A stretch of 32,000 nucleotides of DNA from Patescibacteria group bacterium (GCA_028713575.1 JAQTOB010000001.1:1-32000); one strand, 5' to 3'; positions 9,372 to 18,035 are shown, numbered from the stretch's first letter. Translations and numbers: made by a program. The notes: generated by a model from the sequence alone, not told the origin.

Positions 9372-9884
9372 TTAAATTAATGACTGTATTTGTTTGAGGG
9401 CCTTAGGGACGAGAGGAAGAAGAATTTTACTAAATCCGATTAATGGAAGGGCTACTTTTGAATTACTAACCAATTCAGTCCAATTTTCTCCCAAAGGAAA
9501 TTTCATTGAAAAATATAAGACCAAACCAATAATCAACGCTCCTTCAACAAAACCAAGAATTGCCCCGGCTAAACGATTAATTGTTTTTAAAAATGGAATA
9601 AAGCTTAGAATATCAAACAATTTATTTAAAATTTTAAAAAGAATAAAAATAACAAATCTTGCCAATATAAAAACGGCAATAAATCCCAATAAACGCGCTA
9701 AATTAAAATTATCGCTTAAAAAGGGCATTATTTTTAAAGCAATTGTCTCATACCATCGACTGGCGATAAAAACCGCCAAAACGACACTGATAATTCCCCC
9801 GATTGTTTGAATTAATCCGTTCCAAAAACCAAACCAAACAAAACCCAATAAAATTAACAATAGAATTAAATCAAAAAATGTCAT
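9372..9884 (-). CDS. cvpA: CvpA-family membrane protein
   Basis: 170 aa with about 4 TM helices. The N-terminal pattern (FDLILLLILLGFVWFGFWNGLI) is typical of CvpA. Family assigned from memory. Confidence 0.65.
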   Translation of the reverse strand: MTFFDLILLLILLGFVWFGFWNGLIQTIGGIISVVLAVFIASRWYETIALKIMPFLSDNFNLARLLGFIAVFILARFVIFILFKILNKLFDILSFIPFLKTINRLAGAILGFVEGALIIGLVLYFSMKFPLGENWTELVSNSKVALPLIGFSKILLPLVPKALKQIQSLI

Positions 9885-9917
9885 AATAATGGTTTTAATT
9901 TTTATTTTTAAAATCTA

Positions 9918-11414
9918 TCACAATCTTGGAAATAATATTTCTCCAATAATTGTTTTTTTGAATTCTGTTTGACCCCACTGTTTTCCTTTAGTTAGGGGTT
10001 TCTCTTTTTCCAAATTATCCAATCCCAGTGAAGCAAATATTTGATTGCTTTTTTCCGGCATAAACGGCTGAATCAACCAACCAAGATGGCGTAAACCCTC
10101 AAGAAGATTATATAAAACTTTCTGATATTCGGCAATATCTTTTTTAAATAATTTCCAGGGTTCTTTTTGATTAATATATTTATCGCAAAAACCAATTAAA
10201 TCATTAATGCTGGTTAAAGCAGATTCAAATTTCAAATGGTCAAGGGATGTTTCATATTTCTCCCAAACCGATTTTATTTTTCTTTTGAAATCGTCCGCCT
10301 CATGGAGCGGATAAATATCTTTTTTCGCGGCTAAAGTAAGGACTCGGCGATGAAAATTTCCTAAACCATTAGACAGTTCCGCGTTATATTTATCATAAAA
10401 TTTCGTTTGAGAAATGTCTCCGTCTTGTCCAAAGGGGAAAAGAGACAATATCATCCAACGCAAGGCTTCAGCGCCGAAAGTAACCGCTAATTCTTCTGGA
10501 TCAATAATATTCCCCAATGACTTGCTCATTTTCTGTCCCTCAACAGTAAAAAATCCGTGGGCGTAAATTTTCTTGGGCAAGGGAATTCCCAAGCTTAAAA
10601 GCATGGCCGGCCAAATAATAGTGTGAAATTTTAAAATATCTTTACCGATTAATTGAATGTCTGGAGGCCATTGTTCTGGACGCTTTTCTTCGTTAGGGTG
10701 CCAATTAATGCCTGACAAATAATTTAACAAGGCATCAATCCAAACGTATATCGTTTGTGAATTATCCCAAGGAACAGGAATACCCCATTTTACCTTTTCT
10801 CGGGAAATAGCCAAATCTTCTAACTTTTCATTTTTTAAAAATCCTAATACCTCATTTCTTCTTTCTTCGGGCTCAATGATCCATTCGTTTTTGAGAATCA
10901 TTTTCAAAAGGGGCCGCTGAAATGCCGAGAGCTTAAAGAAATAACATTTTTCTGAAAGAACCACGGCCTTTTTTTGATGAAGGGGGCAGCAACCGTCGAC
11001 TAATTCCTTGGCTGTGTAATATCTTTCGCAGTCCACGCAATAAAGGCCATGGTAAGTCCCTTTATAAATCAATTTCTTATTATAAATATCTTTCATTACG
11101 TCGGTTACGGTTTTCTCGTGTTCCGGATCAGTGGTTCTAATAAATCTATCGTAAGATATGCTGAAAGTATCCCAGGCCTGCTCGTATCTGGCGGCGTTCT
11201 GATCACACAACTGTTGAGGGGTCATTTTTTGTTCCTCCGCCTTTTTGGCTATTTTTTCCCCGTGTTCATCGGTTCCGATCAGAAAAAAAACTTTTTCTCC
11301 TTTCATTCGGTGCCAGCGCGCCAGAACGTCAGCTGCCAAAGTGGTATAAACGCCACCTAAATGAGGTTTAGCATTGACATAATAAATTGGTGTAGTTATA
11401 TAAAATTTATTCAT
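9918..11414 (-). CDS. metG: Methionine--tRNA ligase (short form, no C-terminal tRNA-binding domain)
   Basis: YITTPIYYVNAKPHLGG (HIGH region), KMSKS (QKMSKSLGN) and a Zn knuckle (CVDCERYY...CCPLH). The likely start is MNKFYITT at 11414; the ORF-track start is 11432. Confidence 0.93.
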   Translation of the reverse strand: MNKFYITTPIYYVNAKPHLGGVYTTLAADVLARWHRMKGEKVFFLIGTDEHGEKIAKKAEEQKMTPQQLCDQNAARYEQAWDTFSISYDRFIRTTDPEHEKTVTDVMKDIYNKKLIYKGTYHGLYCVDCERYYTAKELVDGCCPLHQKKAVVLSEKCYFFKLSAFQRPLLKMILKNEWIIEPEERRNEVLGFLKNEKLEDLAISREKVKWGIPVPWDNSQTIYVWIDALLNYLSGINWHPNEEKRPEQWPPDIQLIGKDILKFHTIIWPAMLLSLGIPLPKKIYAHGFFTVEGQKMSKSLGNIIDPEELAVTFGAEALRWMILSLFPFGQDGDISQTKFYDKYNAELSNGLGNFHRRVLTLAAKKDIYPLHEADDFKRKIKSVWEKYETSLDHLKFESALTSINDLIGFCDKYINQKEPWKLFKKDIAEYQKVLYNLLEGLRHLGWLIQPFMPEKSNQIFASLGLDNLEKEKPLTKGKQWGQTEFKKTIIGEILFPRL

Positions 11415-12099
11415 TTTTTTCTGGAGAGACAACGATTGTAAATTCTCCTTTAATTTTATCCTTTTTTAAAAAATCGATAACTTCTCTTATGTTGCCCCTA
11501 TAAATTGTTTCAAATTTCTTTGTTAATTCGCGACCAAGAAAAATTTGTCGATTTTTTAATTTAGAAAAATTATCTAAGTCTGTCAATGTTTTAAGAATCC
11601 GATATGGAGATTCAAAAAATACTATTGAATATTCCCCTTTTAAAATTTCCTGAAAAAATTTATTTCTTCCCTTTTTCCCGGGGCAAAATCCCAAAAAAAT
11701 GAATCTATCAGTTGGGAAACCGGAAACACTCAAAGCAACCATTGTCGCGGAAGGACCGGGCAAGGGAATGATAATTAAATTTTTAAATTCTTTTATCAAT
11801 AAATTTATTAATTTATTGCCGGGGTCAGATATCCCGGGCGTTCCCGCATCAGAAACTAAAGCGATATCTTTCCCTTCTCTAATTAATTTAAAAATTTTTT
11901 CTATTTTTTTTGTTTTTGAATGCTGATGATAACTTAATAAAGGTGTTTTTATTTGATAATAATCACAAAGTATTTTAGTTTGTCGCGTATCTTCGCACAA
12001 AATAAGGTCCGCCTCTTTTAATGTTCTTAAACTTCGAAAGCTTATGTCTCCCAAATTTCCTATTGGCGTAGCAATGACAAATAACTTGCCCAAATTCAT
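11407..12099 (-). CDS. rsmI: 16S rRNA (cytidine1402-2'-O)-methyltransferase
   Basis: LFVIATPIGNLGDISFRSLRTLKEADLILCEDTR and VSDAGTPGISDPG, typical of the RsmI tetrapyrrole-methylase fold. Confidence 0.9.
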   Translation of the reverse strand: MNLGKLFVIATPIGNLGDISFRSLRTLKEADLILCEDTRQTKILCDYYQIKTPLLSYHQHSKTKKIEKIFKLIREGKDIALVSDAGTPGISDPGNKLINLLIKEFKNLIIIPLPGPSATMVALSVSGFPTDRFIFLGFCPGKKGRNKFFQEILKGEYSIVFFESPYRILKTLTDLDNFSKLKNRQIFLGRELTKKFETIYRGNIREVIDFLKKDKIKGEFTIVVSPEKNE

Positions 12100-12103
12100 A
12101 TAT

Positions 12104-13465
12104 TTATTTAACCGGTAAACTAAAAGGAGGTTCTCCCTTCTTGCTTCCTGTTTTTTTAATTAAAGGTGGCTTGATTAGGGTTACGGGGAAATGATAAAGA
12201 GTGGCCAATTCTTCGGTGTTTAGAATGTTTTTCTTTTTCTTGCCATCAAAAGAAAGAGTTAAAAACTTCCCCGCGGTAATTAAAATTCTTTTTAGGCCCT
12301 TCGGTTCTATTTTCCAATAACGAGATCTTTTTTTATAAGCTTTTATAATGGCGGTTTTTTGGGCATCGGCTTTATAGATACGCTGGGATGAAACAGATGA
12401 CTTGGCTTCTGGCTCAATTCCGTTCATATCTAAGGTATTAATAGCGTTAAAAGCGCTTAAAATCCCCACAATTCCCCGATCTTGACTAAAAATTTCTTTT
12501 TTGGCCAAATAGATTACCCTTATTCTTGTATCAAAAGCAATTTTGGATATTTTATTTTGTACACTTTCAATTACCCTTCTTTCTCCGCCAGAAAGATTCA
12601 TTTTTTGTTCTTCTTTTTTCCCTTCTTCTCCGGAGTAAAGAAGGCCCAGGCCCTCAGAAATAATATCAACTCCCGCCTGAATTATTTTAACCGGCATTTT
12701 CAATATTTTTTCAATTAAATTTTCTGAGGTTCCCAGTTTTTCGCCCATCATTTTTTTAACTAAAATTTCTCCTTCTTTTTTAAGGTCTGAACCAACGGGC
12801 CGAATAATAAACTGTATCCAAACTTGTTCACCGTCCAGAAGTTTTCCTAAAATCTCCAATAAATCAATAATCGGATCTTTCAATTCTTTGCTTAATGCAT
12901 GCTCAAAATTAAAATAAGTTTTTATCGGATACGGATTCTTGTTATAAAGGCCTAAATCAGCTCCCCATAAATCATATTCTTTGTTTGGAAATTCTTCCTG
13001 AATTTCTTTTGTATAATCTTCTATTTCTGAAATTTCCGCCTCAGGATAAGCGGCATAAATCGCCGCCTCAATCAAATCGCGATATTGAATCGGAGTATAA
13101 ATTAAAAATTTAATTTGTCCTTCTGTTCCGATTATTTCCAAAGAAATATCCAACTGAACCTTTCCTTCTAAATATTTTTCACGTTTATTGGGAGTTATTT
13201 TTATGCCGGACAAATGAGAAAACAAGCTTTCAATCGCTTCTGGACCATATTCATTATTTCGCGGAACGTCAATGGATAATAAAATATATTTTTGTTGATT
13301 CAAATATTCTTTTTTTACACGCTCCGTCCAATGAAACCAAATAATACGCAAAATAACCCAAATAATCAATAAAACAATGATAAAAATAAAAAAACCTCTG
13401 ACCAAATAATAAATATCACCTCTAAACAAATAAGACAAAAAATTTAAATTAATCTTTATGTTCAT
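12104..13465 (-). CDS. Hypothetical membrane-anchored protein (453 aa), function unknown
   Basis: One N-terminal TM helix (FFIFIIVLLIIWVILRIIWF) followed by a large soluble region. No catalytic or nucleotide-binding motif that I recognise. Confidence 0.6.
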   Translation of the reverse strand: MNIKINLNFLSYLFRGDIYYLVRGFFIFIIVLLIIWVILRIIWFHWTERVKKEYLNQQKYILLSIDVPRNNEYGPEAIESLFSHLSGIKITPNKREKYLEGKVQLDISLEIIGTEGQIKFLIYTPIQYRDLIEAAIYAAYPEAEISEIEDYTKEIQEEFPNKEYDLWGADLGLYNKNPYPIKTYFNFEHALSKELKDPIIDLLEILGKLLDGEQVWIQFIIRPVGSDLKKEGEILVKKMMGEKLGTSENLIEKILKMPVKIIQAGVDIISEGLGLLYSGEEGKKEEQKMNLSGGERRVIESVQNKISKIAFDTRIRVIYLAKKEIFSQDRGIVGILSAFNAINTLDMNGIEPEAKSSVSSQRIYKADAQKTAIIKAYKKRSRYWKIEPKGLKRILITAGKFLTLSFDGKKKKNILNTEELATLYHFPVTLIKPPLIKKTGSKKGEPPFSLPVK

Positions 13466-13508
13466 ATTTAATATAATTTAACATTTTTGGGCTTAAAGTT
13501 AAAGTTTT

Positions 13509-14666
13509 TCAAAGGCCTTCTTGTTTTAGTTCTTCTAATAATTTTTTTTGTTTCTTAGTAAGATTTTTGGGAATTTTTATTTTTATTTTAACAATATGGT
13601 CTCCTCTTTCTTTTATTTTATTTTTGAAAGAAGACAAATAAATTATTCCCTTATTTTTTAATTTAAAACTTTGTCCTGAGGAGGTTCCAGGAGGAATTTT
13701 CAATTTTAAAAAACCATCAATCGTCTTAATTTCAATTTTATCTCCCAAAATGGCCTGAGAAATTGATATTTCTTTTTGAGAAAAAATATCGTTTCCCTGA
13801 CGAATAAATTCCGGGTCGGTGCGAATTAAAACTGTCACGTACAGGTCTCCGCTTATGGCCCCACTTTCTCCCGCTTCGCCCTGTTGAAAAAATTTTATTG
13901 TTTGACCCTGACCAATTCCAGCAGGTATTTTTATCTTTATTTTTGATAAATTTTTAATTCTTCCTTTTCCTTGACATTTTTTGCATTTTTTTTCCGGAAT
14001 TTTTCCTTGACCCCGACATTCTGGGCAAATAGAACTTGTTTGAAAAGTGCCAAAAAAAGTATTTTGAGATGTTAAAATTTGTCCCCTTCCTCCACATTGA
14101 GGACAAATGTTAAATTTAGTTCCCGGTTCTGTTCCCAAACCGGCACAATCGTCACACTTAACATATTTTTCTAATTTTATTTCCTTTTCCGTTCCAAAAA
14201 CCGCCTCTCTAAAATCTATCGCTAATTCAATTTCAATGTCTTTCCCCTGTTTTTGAAAAGGACTCTTTGTTTTTTTTCTAAATCCTCTAAAAGAAGAGTC
14301 TTCGTCGCGGGAAAAAATATTTTCAAAAAGGTCGCCCAAATTACCAAAACCAAAATCACCAAAATCAAATTTATTTCCATTTTCTTTCATCGCTTCTGCC
14401 CAACTGGCCCAATCACGAAAATTATCAAAACCACTAAACCCTCCCTTTGCCTGCGCTTGATTAAAGGCTGGTCCGTATTGATCATACATTTTCCTTTTTT
14501 CCGCGTCAGAAAGAGTTTGATAGGCCTCATTTATCTCTCTAAATTTTTCTGCGTTTCCTCCTTTTTTATCTGGATGATATTTTTGGGCCAAATTTCGAAA
14601 AGCTTGCTTGATTTCCTGAATTGAAGCGTTTTTATTTATTCCTAAAATTTCATAATAATCAGACAT
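13509..14666 (-). CDS. dnaJ: Molecular chaperone DnaJ (type I)
   Basis: J-domain with HPD (DYYEILGI...KYHPDK), a G/F-rich linker, and four CxxCxGxG zinc-finger repeats (CDDCAGLG, CPQCGGRG, CPECRGQG, CKKCQGKG). Confidence 0.95.
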   Translation of the reverse strand: MSDYYEILGINKNASIQEIKQAFRNLAQKYHPDKKGGNAEKFREINEAYQTLSDAEKRKMYDQYGPAFNQAQAKGGFSGFDNFRDWASWAEAMKENGNKFDFGDFGFGNLGDLFENIFSRDEDSSFRGFRKKTKSPFQKQGKDIEIELAIDFREAVFGTEKEIKLEKYVKCDDCAGLGTEPGTKFNICPQCGGRGQILTSQNTFFGTFQTSSICPECRGQGKIPEKKCKKCQGKGRIKNLSKIKIKIPAGIGQGQTIKFFQQGEAGESGAISGDLYVTVLIRTDPEFIRQGNDIFSQKEISISQAILGDKIEIKTIDGFLKLKIPPGTSSGQSFKLKNKGIIYLSSFKNKIKERGDHIVKIKIKIPKNLTKKQKKLLEELKQEGL

Positions 14667-14730
14667 ATAACACCATTATATCAATTTTTAAAAAACAAGT
14701 AAATCTATATTTCAAATAAAGACAAAAAAA

Positions 14731-14802
14731 CGGGCCCGCCCTGATTCGAACAGGGAATACCTGTTTTGGAGACAGGTGTTTTACCGTTGAAACTACGGGC
14801 CC
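14731..14802 (-). tRNA. tRNA-Trp (anticodon CCA)
   Basis: Hand-folded cloverleaf: acceptor GGGCCCG/CGGGCCC, anticodon stem CCTGT/ACAGG with loop CTCCAAA, T-arm CCCTG-TTCGAAT-CAGGG. No encoded CCA. Followed by a T7 run. Confidence 0.9.
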
Positions 14803-14892
14803 CCTCACTTGAAAATTATCAAAGAACCTTTAATTCTCTTTTTTAAATGTGCGTATATAGAACATATAATTTCCAAATGAGGGGCTACGTCC

Positions 14893-15048
14893 TTATTTTG
14901 TTTCTTTATGAAGAGTATGCTTTTTACACCAACGACAATATTTTTTAAGCTCCAAACGTTCTTTAATTTTTTTCTTATTCTTTTTTGTATAATAACCAAT
15001 ATGGTGACATTCTGTACATTCTAATTTAACTAAATTATCTTGAGACAT
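14893..15048 (-). CDS. rpmG: 50S ribosomal protein L33 (Cys4 zinc-ribbon form), 51 aa
   Basis: Hand translation: [51 protein letters not shown]. Below the ORF-track length cutoff. The 64-aa ORF listed at 14805..14999 is in another frame and looks spurious. Confidence 0.85.
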   Translation of the reverse strand: MSQDNLVKLECTECHHIGYYTKKNKKKIKERLELKKYCRWCKKHTLHKETK

Positions 15049-15126
15049 AAATGTTTTATTAAATTAAAAATTAAAAATTAGACGCCTCTTGAAATATTTT
15101 TTAACCCTGACTTTTAATATTCTATT

Positions 15127-15198
15127 AGCCGTCCCTCGGACTTGAACCGAGAACCTATAGTTTACAAAACTATTGCTCTGCCATTGAGCTAGGACGGC
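15127..15198 (-). tRNA. tRNA-Thr (anticodon TGT)
   Basis: Acceptor GCCGTCC/GGACGGC, D-arm GCTC-AATGGCA-GAGC, anticodon stem ATAGT/ACTAT with loop TTTGTAA, T-arm CTCGG-TTCAAGT-CCGAG. 72 nt. Confidence 0.9.
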
Positions 15199-15202
15199 AA
15201 TA

Positions 15203-15285
15203 TGGGTGGGGCAGGATTCGAACCTGCGAAGGCGAAAGCCAGCAGATTTACAGTCTGCCGCATTTGTCCACTTTGCTACCCACCC
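15203..15285 (-). tRNA. tRNA-Tyr (anticodon GTA), long variable arm
   Basis: Acceptor GGGTGGG/CCCACCC, anticodon stem GCAGA/TCTGC with loop CTGTAAA, long variable arm, T-arm GCAGG-TTCGAAT-CCTGC. 83 nt. Only 4 nt separate it from tRNA-Thr(TGT). Confidence 0.9.
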
Positions 15286-15337
15286 AAAAGCCCGGTGCGG
15301 GCTTAAACCGCGGACCTTTTGCTGGTCACACAAACGT

Positions 15338-15447
15338 CCCGCCTGCCAAAGCCAGAGCCCGCGGTCGGATTTGAACCGACGACCTACTCCTTACCATGGA
15401 GTCGCTCTGCCAACTGAGCTACACGGGCTTTGGCTCTAGCGGGCGGG
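15338..15447. repeat. GC-rich inverted repeat bracketing tRNA-Thr(GGT) (arms 15338..15354 and 15431..15447)
   Basis: On the minus-strand RNA, leader CCCGCCCGCTAGAGCCA pairs with trailer TGGCTTTGGCAGGCGGG. That gives 16 of 17 positions paired (2 G-U, 1 C/A mismatch), directly abutting the acceptor stem. Confidence 0.6.
15356..15428 (-). tRNA. tRNA-Thr (anticodon GGT)
   Basis: Acceptor GCCCGTG/CGCGGGC (one G-U pair), D-arm GCTC-AGTTGGCA-GAGC, anticodon stem ACTCC/GGAGT with loop ATGGTAA, T-arm GTCGG-TTCAAAT-CCGAC. 73 nt. Confidence 0.9.
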
Positions 15448-15561
15448 CCTACCAACTAATCTACCGGGTGTTATTTCATTAAAATTTCGTATGTGTAAAT
15501 TTATTGCGTAAAAAAATTTATTTATAATATTTTATCCTTCCAAAAATTTGGCAAATAAGAA

Positions 15562-15897
15562 CTATCTTAATGTTTTATTATTATATTTGCTTTTTATAAA
15601 TTCTATCTTATTTTTAAAAAAAATCAAGGTTTTACTGGTTAAAACAACTAAATAATTCTTTATTTTTTTTAAATAATCTTTGAATTTCCCTTGTTTCTCT
15701 CTTAATTTATTTTGCCATCCTTCTATTTGTCGATTGATTTTTTTCTTTAACAGATATTTTTTTATTTTCGCCGCCCTTTCCGCAGGTATTTGTTCTAGGT
15801 CAATATTAATTAAAGAAAAAAACTTTTTACTGATTATAAAAATAATAAAAATCAAAGACAAAAAAATAGTTACTAATAACAAAATATTTACAACCAT
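15562..15897 (-). CDS. Hypothetical small Lys-rich membrane protein (111 aa)
   Basis: N-terminal TM helix followed by a charged helical tail. Its ATG at 15897 lies 1 nt after the fba stop (15899..15901), which suggests translational coupling. Confidence 0.45.
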   Translation of the reverse strand: MVVNILLLVTIFLSLIFIIFIISKKFFSLINIDLEQIPAERAAKIKKYLLKKKINRQIEGWQNKLREKQGKFKDYLKKIKNYLVVLTSKTLIFFKNKIEFIKSKYNNKTLR

Positions 15898-15898
15898 A

Positions 15899-16750
15899 TT
15901 ATTGATTAAAAATTTTTATTTTATTTCTTACCACTTTTTTTACCTCCTCAATTGTCGGAGCTAAAATTTTTCTTGGGTCTAACTCTTTTTTTTGGTCCTT
16001 AAGTGATTTTTTTAAAGCTTTTTTAAAGGCCATTCTTATTTCTGTATCAATATTGATTATTTTAATACCCAAATTAATTGCTTGCTTTATTTGGCCGGCC
16101 GCGATTCCGGAAGCGCCATGAAGAACTAAAGGAATGTCTATCTTTTTCTTAATTTCTTCTAATACAGATAAAAATAATTTTGGTGCGCCCTTCTCCATTT
16201 TATAATGACCGTGCACGTTTCCAATGGCAATGGCCAAGGTGTCTACTTTTGTTTTTTTAACAAATTCTTGAGCCTGGTCAGGGTCAGTTAAAAATTCTTC
16301 TGGGCTAAGAATCATTTTTTGATAATCTTTTTTCCCTCTGCCAACTACCCCTAATTCTGCCTGAACAAAAACATTATGATGATGAGCGTATTTTACCGCT
16401 TCTTTTGTTAGTCTAATATTGTCTTTAAAAGATTTGTTTGAGGCGTCAATCATTACTGAAGAAAATCCTAAAGCAATACACTGTTTAACTTCTTCTAATG
16501 TTCTCCCGTGATCAAGATGCAAAGCAATCTCTATCCCCCTCCCTTGATTATCAGCAATTGACTTGATTATTTGAGTAATTGTTTCTGTTCCCGCGTATTC
16601 CATTGTTTTGGGGGTTATCTGAACAATAATTGAAGATTTTTCTTGAACCGCTCCTTCAATTATCCCCCTGGTTATTTCAAAATTAAAAGTGTCAAAAGCT
16701 CCCAAGGCTCTTTTTGTTTTTTCAATAATTTTTCTAAAATGGACCAACAT
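15899..16750 (-). CDS. fba: Class II fructose/ketose-bisphosphate aldolase
   Basis: ALHLDHG, LVLHGASG and IAIGNVHG motifs of the class II (metal-dependent) aldolase family. 283 aa. Confidence 0.88.
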   Translation of the reverse strand: MLVHFRKIIEKTKRALGAFDTFNFEITRGIIEGAVQEKSSIIVQITPKTMEYAGTETITQIIKSIADNQGRGIEIALHLDHGRTLEEVKQCIALGFSSVMIDASNKSFKDNIRLTKEAVKYAHHHNVFVQAELGVVGRGKKDYQKMILSPEEFLTDPDQAQEFVKKTKVDTLAIAIGNVHGHYKMEKGAPKLFLSVLEEIKKKIDIPLVLHGASGIAAGQIKQAINLGIKIINIDTEIRMAFKKALKKSLKDQKKELDPRKILAPTIEEVKKVVRNKIKIFNQ

Positions 16751-16754
16751 TAGA

Positions 16755-17555
16755 TTATAATGGCATTAATTCACACATCTTAATAAACTCCTCCGCCTTT
16801 AAACTGGCGCTCCCCACCAAAACACCATCAATCGTTTCCTGGTTAATAAATGATCTAACCGTAGTAGAATTAATACTTCCGCCATAAACAATTCTAATAT
16901 TATTATGAACGATCGGCAACGGATATATATCAATGGTTCTTTGGAGAATTATTTTTGCCATATATTCCGCTTCTTGAGAATCAATGGCTTGACCGCTTCC
17001 AATTACCCAAACCGGCTCATAGGCAATAATTATTTTTTGATATATTTTTAAATTTATTCCCTCTAATGCCTTTGAAACTTGTGTAAGTATTGTGTGTTCT
17101 TTCAATCCCCTGTCTCTTTCTTCTCTTGTCTCACCAACACAAATAATCGGAATAAGCCCTAAATTAACGACGGTTCTTACTTTCTTATGAATCATTTCGT
17201 TTGTTTCGCCTAAAAATTGGCGGCGTTCCGAATGACCCAAAATAACATATTTACAACCTAATTCTTTTAAAACTAAAGGTGAAATCTCTCCGGTAAAGCC
17301 CCCTTTTTCTTCCCAAAAACAATCTTGGGCTCCGCACGATAAAATGTTTCTTTTTGAATTTTCTTTAGTGGTAAAAATTTTTGCGACTTCAGCAATGCTC
17401 ATAAACGGCGGGCAAAGAACAATATCAAAGTCTTTTAATTTCTTTTTTTCTTTTTCTTTTTTCTTTATTTTAATTAAAATTTCTTTGGCTAAAAATTTTG
17501 CCTCTTTAAAAGAAAGTTGCATTTTCCAATTGGCGATAATAATTCGTTTTTTCAT
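16755..17555 (-). CDS. tpiA: Triose-phosphate isomerase
   Basis: IIANWKM, ILGHSERR and AYEPVWVIGSG motifs. The likely start is MKKRIIIANWKM at 17555; the ORF-track start at 17612 would overlap the upstream gene. Confidence 0.92.
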   Translation of the reverse strand: MKKRIIIANWKMQLSFKEAKFLAKEILIKIKKKEKEKKKLKDFDIVLCPPFMSIAEVAKIFTTKENSKRNILSCGAQDCFWEEKGGFTGEISPLVLKELGCKYVILGHSERRQFLGETNEMIHKKVRTVVNLGLIPIICVGETREERDRGLKEHTILTQVSKALEGINLKIYQKIIIAYEPVWVIGSGQAIDSQEAEYMAKIILQRTIDIYPLPIVHNNIRIVYGGSINSTTVRSFINQETIDGVLVGSASLKAEEFIKMCELMPL

Positions 17556-17559
17556 AAAA

Positions 17560-18018
17560 TTAAAAAATTGAAATAACTCCCATGGTTCCCAATAAAACAA
17601 GAATTCCGGCAAAAATAACGCCCATAGATATTAATCCTAATCCTTTGCCATAAGACATGCCAAAAATAAAAGAAGCGACTGTTCCTGTCCAGGCGCCGGT
17701 AAAAGGCAAAGGAATAGCGACGAACAAAAAGAGCGCCAAATCTCCATAAAGGGAATGTTTTTTATAAAAACGGCGACGAGTTTTTTCAAATAACCAAGTA
17801 AATAATTTATTTATAAGACGACTTTTCTTCATTAAAAGGCCGGCTAAATTTTTCCAAAACCAAAGTAAAAAAAATACCGGAATAATATTACCCAAACAGG
17901 CTAAAAAAAACGTTTTTAATGGATCTAAGTGCCATAAACCAATAGCTAGGGGAATGGTTCCCCTTAATTCATTGATTGGCGTCATAGCCAAAATAATTGT
18001 TTTTAATTCCGGACCCAT
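17560..18018 (-). CDS. Small membrane protein, putative small multidrug export (COG2426-like) family
   Basis: 152 aa with about 4 TM helices. The N-terminal pattern (ILAMTPINELRGTIPLAIGL) resembles that family as I recall it. Needs an HMM check. Confidence 0.5.
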   Translation of the reverse strand: MGPELKTIILAMTPINELRGTIPLAIGLWHLDPLKTFFLACLGNIIPVFFLLWFWKNLAGLLMKKSRLINKLFTWLFEKTRRRFYKKHSLYGDLALFLFVAIPLPFTGAWTGTVASFIFGMSYGKGLGLISMGVIFAGILVLLGTMGVISIF

Positions 18019-18026
18019 ATAAATTC

Positions 18027-18035
18027 ATTATAGCA
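18027..18035 (-). promoter_or_regulatory. Candidate extended -10 element (TGCTATAAT) 8 nt upstream of the ATG at 18018
   Basis: The minus strand reads TGCTATAAT. This would give a very short or absent 5' leader. Pattern match only. Confidence 0.35.

Noticed and set aside
14805-14999. 64-aa [21 protein letters not shown]...
   Set aside because: A different frame on the same strand encodes a convincing L33, so this frame is almost certainly non-coding.
15064-15439. ORF-track entries 15064..15333 (-) and 15206..15439 (+), 89 and 77 aa
   Set aside because: Both lie across three well-folding tRNA genes and the GC-rich spacer. Their open frames are a by-product of GC-rich RNA genes.
15429-15480. 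Possible additional or truncated tRNA upstream of tRNA-Thr(GGT) (GGTAGATTAGTTGGTAGG resembles a D-arm)
   Set aside because: No acceptor, anticodon or T-arm can be built. Part of this sequence is better explained as the leader arm of the inverted repeat.
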